A model generated the notes under the pieces. It did not search any database and was not told the DNA's origin. It saw only the letters and a program-made list of their open reading frames with translations. Position numbers and translations under genes: made by a program. 64,000 nt of DNA from positions 32,414 to 96,413 of the forward strand of contig CALVLA010000001.1 of NCBI GenBank assembly GCA_944336125.1, written 5' to 3'. Positions 1-8,729 of this stretch are shown here, one piece after another (within the stretch, counting starts at the first letter, position 1; every line of letters starts with the position of its first letter). This DNA is from an uncultured Clostridia bacterium. Lineage in GTDB: Bacteria; Bacillota; Clostridia; Christensenellales; CAG-314.

Positions 1-576
1 CGAAATTTTGATAAGTTCCGCGTTTACCAGTTTTTGTTCGGGAATACCGTGGTCTTGAAGCTCGAGATAATAGTATTCGCCGAAAAGGTCCTTGTATTTT
101 TTTGCGAGAAGTCTTGCGTCCTCAAGTCTGTTTGCCATGATAAGGCGAGGAAGTTCGCCGGCAAGGCATGCGGAAAGACAAATAAGTCCTGCCGAATGTT
201 TGCTCAAAGTATCGAAATCTATACGCGGCTTGTAGTAATAGCCGTCGACAAAAGCGATGGAATTGAGCTTGACAAGACTTTTGTAGCCCTCGTTGTTTCG
301 GGCAAGCAAAATGAGGTGATTAAACTCACCCATAACCTTGCCCGTTTTGACGTTGAGGTCTTCCGTCACATAAAACTCACAGCCTATGACAGGCTTAATG
401 CCCGCCTTTTTGGCTTTGGTAAAAAACTGATACGCGCCATACATATTGCCGTGGTCTGTAATGGCCACGGCAGGCATATCGAATTCTTTACATTTTTCAA
501 AAACCGAGTCGATACGGGAAGCGCCGTCCAGCAGGCTGTATTGAGTATGTAAATGCAGATGGACAAACTTTCTCAT
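1..576 (-). CDS. dnaE: DNA polymerase III alpha subunit DnaE, N-terminal PHP domain (gene continues beyond the left edge)
   Basis: Edge-open ORF, not in the ORF track. Reverse-strand translation from ATG (574-576) reads MRKFVHLHLHTQYSLLDGASRIDSVFEKCKEFDMPAVAITDHGNMYGAYQFFTKAKKAGIKPVIGCEFYV..., the canonical DnaE PHP start. The frame stays open to nt 1 (192 codons). Confidence 0.85.
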   Translation of the reverse strand, partial: MRKFVHLHLHTQYSLLDGASRIDSVFEKCKEFDMPAVAITDHGNMYGAYQFFTKAKKAGIKPVIGCEFYVTEDLNVKTGKVMGEFNHLILLARNNEGYKSLVKLNSIAFVDGYYYKPRIDFDTLSKHSAGLICLSACLAGELPRLIMANRLEDARLLAKKYKDLFGEYYYLELQDHGIPEQKLVNAELIKIS

Positions 577-588
577 AAAAAACCCTTA

Positions 589-837
589 TCAGCCGAGAAC
601 TTTTTTAACGATTTCGATAGCTTCGTCGGCGTCAGAACCGTTTGCCGAAACGGCGATTTTGTCGTTAGGTTTAAGGGCGAGAGAAATCACGCCGATAATG
701 CTTTTTGCGTTAACCCTAGCGTTGCCGGCAACGATGAAAACATTAGACGTCACATCCGAAAGATAAGTAACGAGTTCGCCGGCGGTTTTAGCGTCGTAAA
801 CCAAGTTTTCTCTCACGTTAAATTCAACAGTCTTCAT
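589..837 (-). CDS. crh: HPr-family phosphocarrier-like protein lacking the His15 site (Crh-like)
   Basis: 82 aa. HPr blocks are present, including the Ser46 regulatory block NAKSIIGVISLAL and GSDADEAIE. The His15 block reads ENLVYDAKTAG (no His). It overlaps the whiA stop by 14 nt, the same whiA-crh order as Bacillus yvcL-crh. Confidence 0.75.
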   Translation of the reverse strand: MKTVEFNVRENLVYDAKTAGELVTYLSDVTSNVFIVAGNARVNAKSIIGVISLALKPNDKIAVSANGSDADEAIEIVKKVLG

Positions 838-1777
838 TTTGACCTCCTTTCAAGTCGTTTGCTATTTCCAAAATTTTTCTGAATCTGTGGTTAAGTCCGC
901 TTTTCGAGACGCATTCGTCAGACAAAGCGACAAGTTCGTCAAGGCTTGCGGAAGGATTTTGTTTGCGAAGCAAAGCGGTTTTCAAAAGCTTTTCGGGAAG
1001 GGAGTTTAGTCCCGATTTTTCTTCGATAAGACGAATTGCGGCAAGCTGTTTTTCGCTTGCGTCCACCACCTTTCCGATGTTTGCCGAAATGCAGTTTGTC
1101 TGCCTGTTCGCGCGGTTGCGGAAAGACCTCTCGACAATAGTGTCTTGCAGTGTAAAAAGCGCTTTGTTTACCCCCATAAGCACCAGCAGGTCGCTTATCT
1201 CATCACTGCCCTTGAAGTAAACTACGCTGCCGTATTTTCTTTTCGAAACTTTGGGGCTGAACATAAATCCTTCGAGAACGCTCACCAGCTGCGCCGCAAG
1301 CGAACTTTCGTTTACGTCAAACTCACAGTGATAGCCGTCTTTAAGAGTTACCGAACCGCACCCCAAAAACATAGCCACTACAAAGGCTTTTTTGCAACAC
1401 TCATCAACAAGCATAGACTGATCAAAAGCGGGATTAATTTGCCTGAGTCCCTCGGAATCCACCGAAAGAACCCCGCATTCAAACAAAACCGACTCGCTTT
1501 TGTCGCAAAGCAATCGATAAAGAGTCCTGTTTTTGAGTCTTCCGCCTTCCTCACCCACTATTCTGCACGAAGCGCCGAAAGTTTTTTCGGTAAGCGACGC
1601 AGCGAATTTAAGAAGGTTGAGGTTTTCGGACGCCAACGAAAATCCGAAGCCGTTAAAGTTAATTTCGATGTTTCCTATTGTCCTTATGAGGCATCCGAGA
1701 AATACCGTTTTGCAGCACGGCGAAAGATTCTTGTTATTGTTAAGCAGCTCGTTTTTTGCTGTTTGAGTAAAAGTCAT
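824..1777 (-). CDS. whiA: DNA-binding protein WhiA
   Basis: 317 aa with a LAGLIDADG-like N-terminal region and a C-terminal HTH (SKSGLNHRFRKILEIA) typical of WhiA/YvcL. ATG at 1775-1777. Confidence 0.9.
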   Translation of the reverse strand: MTFTQTAKNELLNNNKNLSPCCKTVFLGCLIRTIGNIEINFNGFGFSLASENLNLLKFAASLTEKTFGASCRIVGEEGGRLKNRTLYRLLCDKSESVLFECGVLSVDSEGLRQINPAFDQSMLVDECCKKAFVVAMFLGCGSVTLKDGYHCEFDVNESSLAAQLVSVLEGFMFSPKVSKRKYGSVVYFKGSDEISDLLVLMGVNKALFTLQDTIVERSFRNRANRQTNCISANIGKVVDASEKQLAAIRLIEEKSGLNSLPEKLLKTALLRKQNPSASLDELVALSDECVSKSGLNHRFRKILEIANDLKGGQNEDC

Positions 1778-1830
1778 AAAATTCCTAAAATAAGTTTAAC
1801 ACACATTTACATTATGTCAATAAAAATAAA

Positions 1831-1856
1831 AAAGTCGGCATTTGACCGACTTATTT
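1831..1856 (-). terminator. Rho-independent terminator after the PHP gene
   Basis: Hairpin GTCGG(1834-1838)/CCGAC(1846-1850) directly after the stop at 1851-1853, followed on the minus strand by a T-run (TTTTTTATTTTTATT). Confidence 0.6.
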
Positions 1857-2603
1857 TTTGCGTCTTTTAAACTCGGGCAGTTTGTCCCAGTTTACGATGT
1901 TGTCCCTGTTGAGGTCAAGCCTTTCGATAACCGCCGTCGGAACGCTTATCTCGCCCACCCTGCCGCATGAATGAGCGTCGGAATTGACTATAAATTTTGC
2001 CCCGATGTCCTGAACGGTCAAAATTTCCTCGTCGGTCATGCTGACTCGCTTGCCGTTAAGCTCGATAAACACGCCGTAATCTTTTGCAGCCTGAGCAACT
2101 TGTTTTACGTCTGTTTTCATGCCGTAATTAAGGTGAGTGATGACGTCTATGTTTCCCGATTTGATAGCTTTGACGTAAGCGTCGGTAAACTTTTGCACTG
2201 TGTTTTTCGAATAGCCGAAATTTTCCGACCACTGCGCGCGCCAAAAAAAGTTCACCATGTCCTTGGGACTTCTCGGCCACACGATTTTGTGAAATCCGGC
2301 GATGATGACGTCAAAGTTTTCCATTTGGCAAGGTTTGAGGTCGATGTCGCCGTCGGAAGTGTAAATGTTTGCTTCGACACCGAACAGAATTTTCACCTCG
2401 GGAGTTTCTTCCTGCGTTTTGTCGATGATTTTTCTCATCTTAAAAATGTCGCAAGGGCGCATGCCGAAAGCCACGTGCCTGAGGCCGTGGTCGGTAATAG
2501 CAACTTCCTTAAGACCGACTTTTACGGCGGAAGCGACGTTGTCTTCTATTTTATTTTTACCGTGGCTGAACACCGTATGAGTATGATAATCGCCTAATAT
2601 CAT
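1851..2603 (-). CDS. PHP-family metal-dependent phosphoesterase (histidinol-phosphatase-like)
   Basis: ORF 1851-2675 trimmed to ATG 2603, giving MILGDYHTHTVFSHG. Later blocks ITDHG, GVEANI, ITHLNY and NSDAHS are PHP metal-ligand blocks. It overlaps the murB 3' end by 47 nt. Confidence 0.75.
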   Translation of the reverse strand: MILGDYHTHTVFSHGKNKIEDNVASAVKVGLKEVAITDHGLRHVAFGMRPCDIFKMRKIIDKTQEETPEVKILFGVEANIYTSDGDIDLKPCQMENFDVIIAGFHKIVWPRSPKDMVNFFWRAQWSENFGYSKNTVQKFTDAYVKAIKSGNIDVITHLNYGMKTDVKQVAQAAKDYGVFIELNGKRVSMTDEEILTVQDIGAKFIVNSDAHSCGRVGEISVPTAVIERLDLNRDNIVNWDKLPEFKRRKK

Positions 2604-3498
2604 CAGTATCTCCCAACAATTTGAGTTCCAGCTGCAAGTCCACGCCGAAATCGGCTCTGACCTTGCTTTTAGCAATTTGAACCAGTTGCAGCACGTCGCC
2701 GCAGGTGGCTTTTCCGCGGTTTACGATAAATCCCGCGTGCTTTTCGGAAATCTGCGCGTCACCTATTTTTTTGCCTTTAAGTCCGCACCTGTCGATGAGC
2801 GAAGCGGCAAAGCCGCACTCAGGACGCTTAAACACGCTGCCGGCGCTGAAAAACTCCAACGGCTGACTAAGCCTTTTTGCCGTTTTAAGTTCGTCGGCAA
2901 GCCTTAAAATATAGTTTCGTGATGACGGTTTGAGGTCAAACTCTACTTTCGTAATTACAAACCCGTTTTTTTGAAAAACGCTGTCGCGGTAGGAAAATCC
3001 CATTTCGTCATGCGAAAAAACTCTGTCATCCTTTCCGTCGGTAGCCCACACTCGGCTGACTATGTCGGACATTTCCGAGCCGAAACACCCCGCGTTCATC
3101 ACGACTGCGCCGCCTACCGACGACGGAATTGCAGCCATAAACTCCGTGCCTCCCAGCTCGTTTTTTAAAGCGAAGTCAAACACGCTTTTGGTAAAGGCGC
3201 CGCTTTGCGCAAACAAAACACCCTCCTCTTCCCAAAGCTGAGCAAAATGCACTCCGAGTTTTACGACTACCCCGTCAAACCCACTGTCCGAAGCCAGTAC
3301 GTTTGAACCGTTTCCCAGGATAAAATATTTTACACCATTGTTCTTGCAAAACGCAAGTGCTTTTTTTATTTCCTCTTGATTTAAAGGCTCCACCAAAACG
3401 GAACAAGGACCGCCTATGCGAAAGGTAGTCACGTTTTTTAAAGGCACGTCAAATGAAACTTTTTCAAATTCGTTTGCAAAAAACTCTTTGAAATCCAT
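2557..3498 (-). CDS. murB: UDP-N-acetylenolpyruvoylglucosamine reductase
   Basis: 313 aa with TTFRIGGP, LGNGSNVL, AGSVFKRP and ISEKHAGFIVN blocks of MurB. Confidence 0.9.
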   Translation of the reverse strand: MDFKEFFANEFEKVSFDVPLKNVTTFRIGGPCSVLVEPLNQEEIKKALAFCKNNGVKYFILGNGSNVLASDSGFDGVVVKLGVHFAQLWEEEGVLFAQSGAFTKSVFDFALKNELGGTEFMAAIPSSVGGAVVMNAGCFGSEMSDIVSRVWATDGKDDRVFSHDEMGFSYRDSVFQKNGFVITKVEFDLKPSSRNYILRLADELKTAKRLSQPLEFFSAGSVFKRPECGFAASLIDRCGLKGKKIGDAQISEKHAGFIVNRGKATCGDVLQLVQIAKSKVRADFGVDLQLELKLLGDTDDIRRLSYSYGVQPR

Positions 3499-3499
3499 A

Positions 3500-4570
3500 T
3501 TATACCCCGAAAAGTTTTTTAAATTCTTCTTGTCTGTTTTGACTCAAAATCTCCTCGTCGCAAAAAACGTTAGGAACGTTCAGCTCTTTTTCAAGCGCTT
3601 CCTGCATGTCAAAGTGCATTCCCGACGTATAAAGTGACAGACACGGCGAAAACATTTCTATACGGCTGAGCTTTTGCTGCGCTTCGTCGCTTGTCAGGTA
3701 CTCCATGAATTTTTGAGCGTAAAAGGCTTTTGTCCCCTCTCCCGAAAAAGCAATATACTGCACAAGGTCGGTGTATCCCGAAAGATAAAGTGTCGAAATT
3801 TCTCCCAGCCTTCCCTGACTTTGCCTTAGGTTAAGTCGAGCAAGGTCGCGCTGCGTGCCTAAAAGCGCCACGAAAGAATCTTTTGCCAAAAATCTTTCAT
3901 AAGCCTGATAAGACGTAAGCATATCGCCGAAAAAGTTTTCGGAAATTCCTTTGGCGTTTGCCGTGTTGAGTGCCGCAAAGGGGTTGTTAAAATCGGCAAG
4001 ACCAAGCCCCAGCGACATAAGCCGAGTTTTTGACTTGTCGTTTTTTTCGTACCCCAAATCAAACAGAGTTTCAACCGACAAAGCGTTCCCCGACTGAGTA
4101 AGCATGTCGTCGAAAGCCGCGGCAAAATATCCGCCGAAAGCCCACGGCAAAGCAAAAACGCTTCCGCCTATTTCGCCGCTTTTTGCAATGTCGTCCCTGA
4201 CATTCATGGCGCCCGTGTAAGCCGACAATTTGGTTTTTACAAGACTTCCGACGCCTCCGCCGAAAGAAATAAGGTCAAAAGTGTCCCCGTTTTGGAGTTT
4301 TTGCTTGACTTGTTCATATGTGTAGGACTGCACACTTATAAAAACGCCTTTGTACTTGCTTTCAAACTCTATCGCACGCCCCTTCAAAAACTCCGCTCTG
4401 CTGCCGCTTCCCCCTTCAAAACTGTCGACATGCCATAAGGTAAGCACTCCCTTGTATTGCGGAAGACTGCTTTGGTTTTTGCCGTAAGGAATGTCGAAAG
4501 CGTAAAGAGGCACAGCAACCATGAACAGACAAAAAATCAAAGCCGCCGCAGTTTTTTTGAATCCCAGCAT
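3500..4570 (-). CDS. Signal-anchored hypothetical protein, solute-binding-protein-like
   Basis: 356 aa with an N-terminal hydrophobic anchor (AAALIFCLFMVAVPLYA). The remainder resembles type-2 periplasmic-binding folds. No permease or ATPase partner is nearby. Its stop lies 1 nt before the murB ATG. Function is not assignable by eye. Confidence 0.5.
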   Translation of the reverse strand: MLGFKKTAAALIFCLFMVAVPLYAFDIPYGKNQSSLPQYKGVLTLWHVDSFEGGSGSRAEFLKGRAIEFESKYKGVFISVQSYTYEQVKQKLQNGDTFDLISFGGGVGSLVKTKLSAYTGAMNVRDDIAKSGEIGGSVFALPWAFGGYFAAAFDDMLTQSGNALSVETLFDLGYEKNDKSKTRLMSLGLGLADFNNPFAALNTANAKGISENFFGDMLTSYQAYERFLAKDSFVALLGTQRDLARLNLRQSQGRLGEISTLYLSGYTDLVQYIAFSGEGTKAFYAQKFMEYLTSDEAQQKLSRIEMFSPCLSLYTSGMHFDMQEALEKELNVPNVFCDEEILSQNRQEEFKKLFGV

Positions 4571-4624
4571 AAAACAATATATTTTTGCGGACAGGCAAAT
4601 ATGAAAAAAGACGCCTATGGCGTC

Positions 4625-5548
4625 TCAATTGTTCAAAAGTCTTTCTGTTAGTTCGTCAAGAGCATTGTAGCCCATCATCTTGAGTCGGTAAACGGAAGCC
4701 GCCGCTTCGATGACCACTGCGATGTTTCGTCCGGGTGAAACGGGAACTGTCACTTTCAATACGTCGACGCCCAAGATGTTTTGTTTTTCTTCTTCTCCTC
4801 CAAGTCTTTCGTAAGTTTTGTTGTCGTCCCAATTTTCGAGATTGATGATAAGCTCGATTTGCTGAGTAAGTTTTATCGCTTCGACGCCGTAAAGACGTAC
4901 GACGTTGACAAGCCCTACGCCTCTGAGTTCCATAAAATGTTTTACCCTTTCGTTTGCGCTTCCTTCGAGGACGTTGCCGATTCTCTTTATGACGACGATG
5001 TCGTCGGCTACGATACGGTGGCGTCTGCGTAAAAGTTCAAGAGCGATTTCGCTTTTGCCTATGCCGCTTTCACCCTCGATGAAAACCCCGACGCCGTCGA
5101 TATCCATAAGTACTCCGTGAAGCTGAACCGTCTGCGCCAGCATGTCTTTGAGATTTTCCACAATGTCGCTGATAAGTTCGGAAGTGGAAAGCTGCGAGCG
5201 GAAAATGGCAACCTGATGAAGCGCGGCATTTCGCAAAAACGCCTCGTCTACTTTAAGCCCCCTGCTGAACACAACGCAAGGAAACTGATTTTCGAAAAAT
5301 CCGTCGATAATGGCGTCGCGCTCAGACTGCCTGAGGTTTTCGAGATAATGCACTTCGCTGGGGCCTACGATCTGAATTCTGTCCGAAGCGAAATACTCGA
5401 AATAACCGGTCAGCTGCAAGCCTACCCTGTTTACGTTAGGCGTCACCAAAGTAATTTCTTTTTCAGGGTCAAAAATCACTTCAAAGTCCATTATTTTAGC
5501 AAAATCTTTTACCGAGTAGTTTTTTTTCGTGGTTACGTTGTTTTCCAT
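4625..5548 (-). CDS. hprK: HPr kinase/phosphorylase
   Basis: Walker A GESGIGKSEIALEL plus IVADD and ELRGVG blocks. The extended ORF (to 5653) is trimmed to ATG 5548 with a GAGGAA RBS, just after the uvrC stop. Confidence 0.9.
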   Translation of the reverse strand: MENNVTTKKNYSVKDFAKIMDFEVIFDPEKEITLVTPNVNRVGLQLTGYFEYFASDRIQIVGPSEVHYLENLRQSERDAIIDGFFENQFPCVVFSRGLKVDEAFLRNAALHQVAIFRSQLSTSELISDIVENLKDMLAQTVQLHGVLMDIDGVGVFIEGESGIGKSEIALELLRRRHRIVADDIVVIKRIGNVLEGSANERVKHFMELRGVGLVNVVRLYGVEAIKLTQQIELIINLENWDDNKTYERLGGEEEKQNILGVDVLKVTVPVSPGRNIAVVIEAAASVYRLKMMGYNALDELTERLLNN

Positions 5549-5555
5549 ATATTCC

Positions 5556-7370
5556 TCACGCGTGAAAGTAATCAAAGACGTTCTTTGCCGTTTTAAGCGG
5601 CAAACCGCCTTGTTCCACAAGTTCTTCAACCGAAGCTTTTTGAATGTTCTCAATTGTTTTGAAAGCCTTAAAAAGCTGCTTTTGCCTTTTTTCTCCTATG
5701 CCTTCTATTTTTTCCAGTTCCGACTTCAAAGCGTTGTGCAGATGCAGGTTTCTGAAATAAGTAATTGCAAACCTGTGCGCCTCGTCACGGATGTTGACAA
5801 GCAGTTTCAGCGCGTAGCTTTGTCGAGGAAGCTCAATTGGCACGTTGTTTTTTACCGTATAAACTTCCTCTTCTCTTTTTGCAAGAGAAATCACGTTTAT
5901 GTTCAATCCTCTTTCGTCAATCTGCCTTTTTGCATAGCCGAGCTGACCGGGGCCGCCGTCTATTACGATAAGGTCAGGTGTTTCGCCAAATTGTTGGTCG
6001 CCTATTTTGTCAAGCCGCCTGCCTATTACTTCCGCCATGCTTGCAAAGTCGTTGGCGCCTTCGACGGTTTTGATTCGAAACCTGCGGTAAAGCTTGTTTT
6101 GTTTTTCGCCGTTGACAAAAACCACCATTGAAGCGACTTTGTCTACACCTTGAATGTTTGATATATCGTAGCACTCCATCCTTCGCGGAAACACGTCCAA
6201 ATCGAGCAGCTGCGCAAGCTGCTCCGCAGCCCCCATTGTCGAAAGATAGTGTTTGTCCTCGTTGAGTCTGTTTTTTTGCAGATAGTCGCAGGCGTTGTCG
6301 AAAGCCATGTCGACAAGCTGTTTTTTTACGCCTTTTTTAGGCGAAGTTATCACGACTTTTTTGCCCGCGCTCTGTGACAAAAATTCTTCCAAAGCTTCCT
6401 TGCCTTCGGGAACAACACCTACAAGTATCTCTGAAGCCTCGGGACGCAAATCGGCGTAATAACGCGACAAAAAACTTGCCATTGCCTGCGGCTCGGTAAG
6501 ACTTGCGTCTATGACGGGAAAATTTTCGGCGTAAAGTATTTTTCCTTTTCTGACTGACATGACAGTCGCCACCGTGCTTTTTCCGCTTGCGGCAAGATTA
6601 AACACGTCTGCGTCCATCATTCGAGTAAGATTTACGATTCGTTTTTCCCTGAGTTTCATCAAGAGGTCGAGTCTGTTTTTGGCGAGCAGTGCTTTTTCGT
6701 ACTCCATCGCCTCGCTGGCTTCCAGCATTTGCTTTTTTAGCATTTCGGCGACGTGCGCGTCGTCACCGTTCAAAAACTCAATCAGCCGCTTTACTGTTTT
6801 TGCGTAATCCTCTTTTGAAATAAATCCTACGCAAGGAGCCTTGCACCTGCCTATATGGTAGTTAAGGCACGGCCTGAAATTTTTCGGAAGTTTGTGAAAA
6901 TCGTGCTTGCAGGAGACAACGGGAAAAATTTCGCGTATAAAATTTAGGTAATCCTTGCTGTTGCCCATGATAGGCCCAAAATACCTCGTGTCGTCTTTTT
7001 TGACTTTTCGTGTTATTTCAAGACGCGGAAAATCGTCTTTTACGAAAAGCCTGAGGTACGGATATTGTTTGTCATCCTTTAAGAGAATGTTGTAAGGCGG
7101 ATTGTATTTTTTTATGAGATTGTTTTCGAGACTTAACGCGTCTGTTTCGCTGGAAGTTATGATATAGCGAAAATCATCGACGTGACTCATGAGTGCCGAC
7201 ACTTTTTCGGTTTTGTTTGCGGTAAGGTAAAAATATTGTTTTACCCTGTTTTTCAAAACCTTGGCTTTTCCGACGTAAAGCACATGCCCGTCCTTGTCAA
7301 ACATGATGTAAACGCCGGGTTTGTCAGGCAGGTTTTTAATTTTGTCGTCAAGTTTAAGTCGCAAATCCAT
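5556..7370 (-). CDS. uvrC: Excinuclease ABC subunit C
   Basis: 604 aa with a GIY-YIG N-terminus (GVYIMFDKDGHVLYVGKA), a UVR region and a C-terminal HhH (IEGIGEKRQKQL). Confidence 0.95.
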   Translation of the reverse strand: MDLRLKLDDKIKNLPDKPGVYIMFDKDGHVLYVGKAKVLKNRVKQYFYLTANKTEKVSALMSHVDDFRYIITSSETDALSLENNLIKKYNPPYNILLKDDKQYPYLRLFVKDDFPRLEITRKVKKDDTRYFGPIMGNSKDYLNFIREIFPVVSCKHDFHKLPKNFRPCLNYHIGRCKAPCVGFISKEDYAKTVKRLIEFLNGDDAHVAEMLKKQMLEASEAMEYEKALLAKNRLDLLMKLREKRIVNLTRMMDADVFNLAASGKSTVATVMSVRKGKILYAENFPVIDASLTEPQAMASFLSRYYADLRPEASEILVGVVPEGKEALEEFLSQSAGKKVVITSPKKGVKKQLVDMAFDNACDYLQKNRLNEDKHYLSTMGAAEQLAQLLDLDVFPRRMECYDISNIQGVDKVASMVVFVNGEKQNKLYRRFRIKTVEGANDFASMAEVIGRRLDKIGDQQFGETPDLIVIDGGPGQLGYAKRQIDERGLNINVISLAKREEEVYTVKNNVPIELPRQSYALKLLVNIRDEAHRFAITYFRNLHLHNALKSELEKIEGIGEKRQKQLFKAFKTIENIQKASVEELVEQGGLPLKTAKNVFDYFHA

Positions 7371-7413
7371 ATAGAGTATTATAGCAAAAGGAAAAAGTTA
7401 TTTCAACACAAAA

Positions 7414-7752
7414 TCAAAAACCGAGGTACTCCACTCCCGAAAGCATGACTTCGTTTATTTTGGGCGTGGAAATTTTGTAAAATACAGTTTTGCCCTGCCG
7501 CGAAAAAGTGACAAGCCCCGTATTTCTCAAAAGCTGAAGCTGATGAGATACGGTTGTCTGATTCATTTCAAGAACGCAGGCAAGGTCGGTAACGCACATT
7601 TCGGAAATTGAAAGGGCTGACAAAAGCCTTAGTCGTGTTTTGTCGGCAAAAAGGAAAAAAAGGTCGGCGAGTTTTTGCGACATGATTTTGTCGGGAAGAT
7701 AGTAGGCTAGTTCTTTTTGAGTGCGCTTGTCAAGAAGTTTAGGGACTGACAT
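7414..7752 (-). CDS. ArsR/SmtB-family metalloregulator-type transcriptional repressor
   Basis: 112 aa winged HTH. DKTRLRLLSAL...EMCVTDLACVLEMNQTTVSHQLQLLRNTGLV matches the ArsR recognition helix and the alpha3 Cys region. GAGGTG RBS. Confidence 0.85.
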   Translation of the reverse strand: MSVPKLLDKRTQKELAYYLPDKIMSQKLADLFFLFADKTRLRLLSALSISEMCVTDLACVLEMNQTTVSHQLQLLRNTGLVTFSRQGKTVFYKISTPKINEVMLSGVEYLGF

Positions 7753-7799
7753 AATTCACCTCGAAAATAAATTTTAGGTAAAAATATGTTAATATGCGC

Positions 7800-7827
7800 A
7801 CATAAAAAAAGGGTGTCGCATAATGTA
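7800..7827 (+). promoter_or_regulatory. Candidate sigma-K-type promoter for the small Cys-rich gene
   Basis: AC (7800-7801), a 17-nt spacer, then CATAATGTA (7819-7827) fits the AC-17-CATAnnnTA late mother-cell consensus about 38 nt upstream of the ATG. No convincing sigma-A -35/-10 pair is seen here. The motif has low information content. Confidence 0.3.
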
Positions 7828-7864
7828 GTATAAAAACAAGTTTTGTAAAAAACGGAGGCGAAAA

Positions 7865-8086
7865 ATGTCACTGTCAAACAATCTGCTTTATTTGTTGTTG
7901 CTGTATGCGGTGCTGGACGACAACAAACTTTCCACCACCAACGGAATACTGCTAGCGCTCGGAATAATGCTGTTCGGCTATTGTCGAAACGTATTCAACT
8001 GCTGCTGCAGACCCAACGCCTGTAACGGGACGGTAACCTCCGCCGCCGCGTCAAATCAATTTCAGGCGGCAAACAACATTTTTTAA
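7865..8086 (+). CDS. Small hydrophobic protein with a cysteine cluster (hypothetical)
   Basis: 73 aa. GGAGG lies 7 nt upstream of the ATG. There are two hydrophobic stretches (LLYLLLLYAVL, GILLALGIMLFGY), then CRNVFNCCCRPNAC (5 Cys in 14 aa). It is followed by a strong bidirectional terminator. Confidence 0.5.
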   Translation: MSLSNNLLYLLLLYAVLDDNKLSTTNGILLALGIMLFGYCRNVFNCCCRPNACNGTVTSAAASNQFQAANNIF

Positions 8087-8087
8087 C

Positions 8088-8121
8088 AAAAAAACAGCGA
8101 CCTGACAGTCGCTGTTTTTTT
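8088..8121. terminator. Bidirectional rho-independent terminator between convergent genes
   Basis: Stem CAGCGAC(8095-8101)/GTCGCTG(8108-8114), with an A-run on the left and a T-run (8115-8121) on the right. Confidence 0.8.
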
Positions 8122-8729
8122 CAGCAATGCATGCAGCTGCTTGCGCAATTGCAGCAATAATTCGCAAGGCACAAATCACAGCAGCAGTTTCCCGTGCAAG
8201 TAGGAACGCCGTTTTGCACCGGTCTGCCCTGCGTCGACGACTCTTTTGAGCGGAGGTCTTCGGGAGACACTGTTTTGCTTGCCATGATTTTGGTAAGTTT
8301 TTCGTATGAATCTCTGTACTTGACGTTGTCAGGTTCCATTGACATTGCAAATTCAAGCTGTTTTTTTGATTCCAAAAACCAGTTTTGTTTGTAGTAAACG
8401 ATTGACTGCAAGTAATGCCACTCGCCTGTTCTTGCGGAAATCTCGTCAAGCTTGTTTTGAGCTATACCGAGGTTGCCGTCTTTGATGCATTTTTCTATTT
8501 CGAGATAAACGTCCTCTCCGCTTGAAGCGGCGTCGCGTTTTTTTATAAAATCACACGCCTCCTGATAATAAGTATCAAGCAAGCCGAGGTTTCTTGCGGC
8601 CTGCTCCCCTGCCTCGCCGGGCTGGAAGCGGTTTTCCTGAAATTCTTTTTTAAGCGCCTCGTATCTGGTATTCAACGCTTTGAGGGTAGCGTCGCTTTCA
8701 AGGCCGAAAAATTCAAACGGATTGTTCAC
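8121..8729 (-). CDS. J-domain-like protein (no HPD) with a C-terminal cysteine string
   Basis: The track ORF starts at a TTG (8759). A GTG at 8729 gives MNNPFEFFGLESDATLKALNTRYEALKKEF, a natural J-like N-terminus, with GGAGG 12 nt upstream. The HPD position reads ENRF. The protein ends TCTGNCCCDLCLANYCCNCASSCMHC. It overlaps the upstream gene by 17 nt. Confidence 0.6.
   Translation of the reverse strand: MNNPFEFFGLESDATLKALNTRYEALKKEFQENRFQPGEAGEQAARNLGLLDTYYQEACDFIKKRDAASSGEDVYLEIEKCIKDGNLGIAQNKLDEISARTGEWHYLQSIVYYKQNWFLESKKQLEFAMSMEPDNVKYRDSYEKLTKIMASKTVSPEDLRSKESSTQGRPVQNGVPTCTGNCCCDLCLANYCCNCASSCMHC

Noticed and set aside
34-552. A 172-aa plus-strand ORF at the left edge.
   Set aside because: The opposite strand encodes the canonical DnaE PHP-domain N-terminus (edge-open, so missing from the track). 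The plus ORF is its shadow.
8051-8449. A 132-aa alternative-frame minus-strand ORF.
   Set aside because: It overlaps the Cys-string gene in another frame and runs through the terminator hairpin. It has no RBS.
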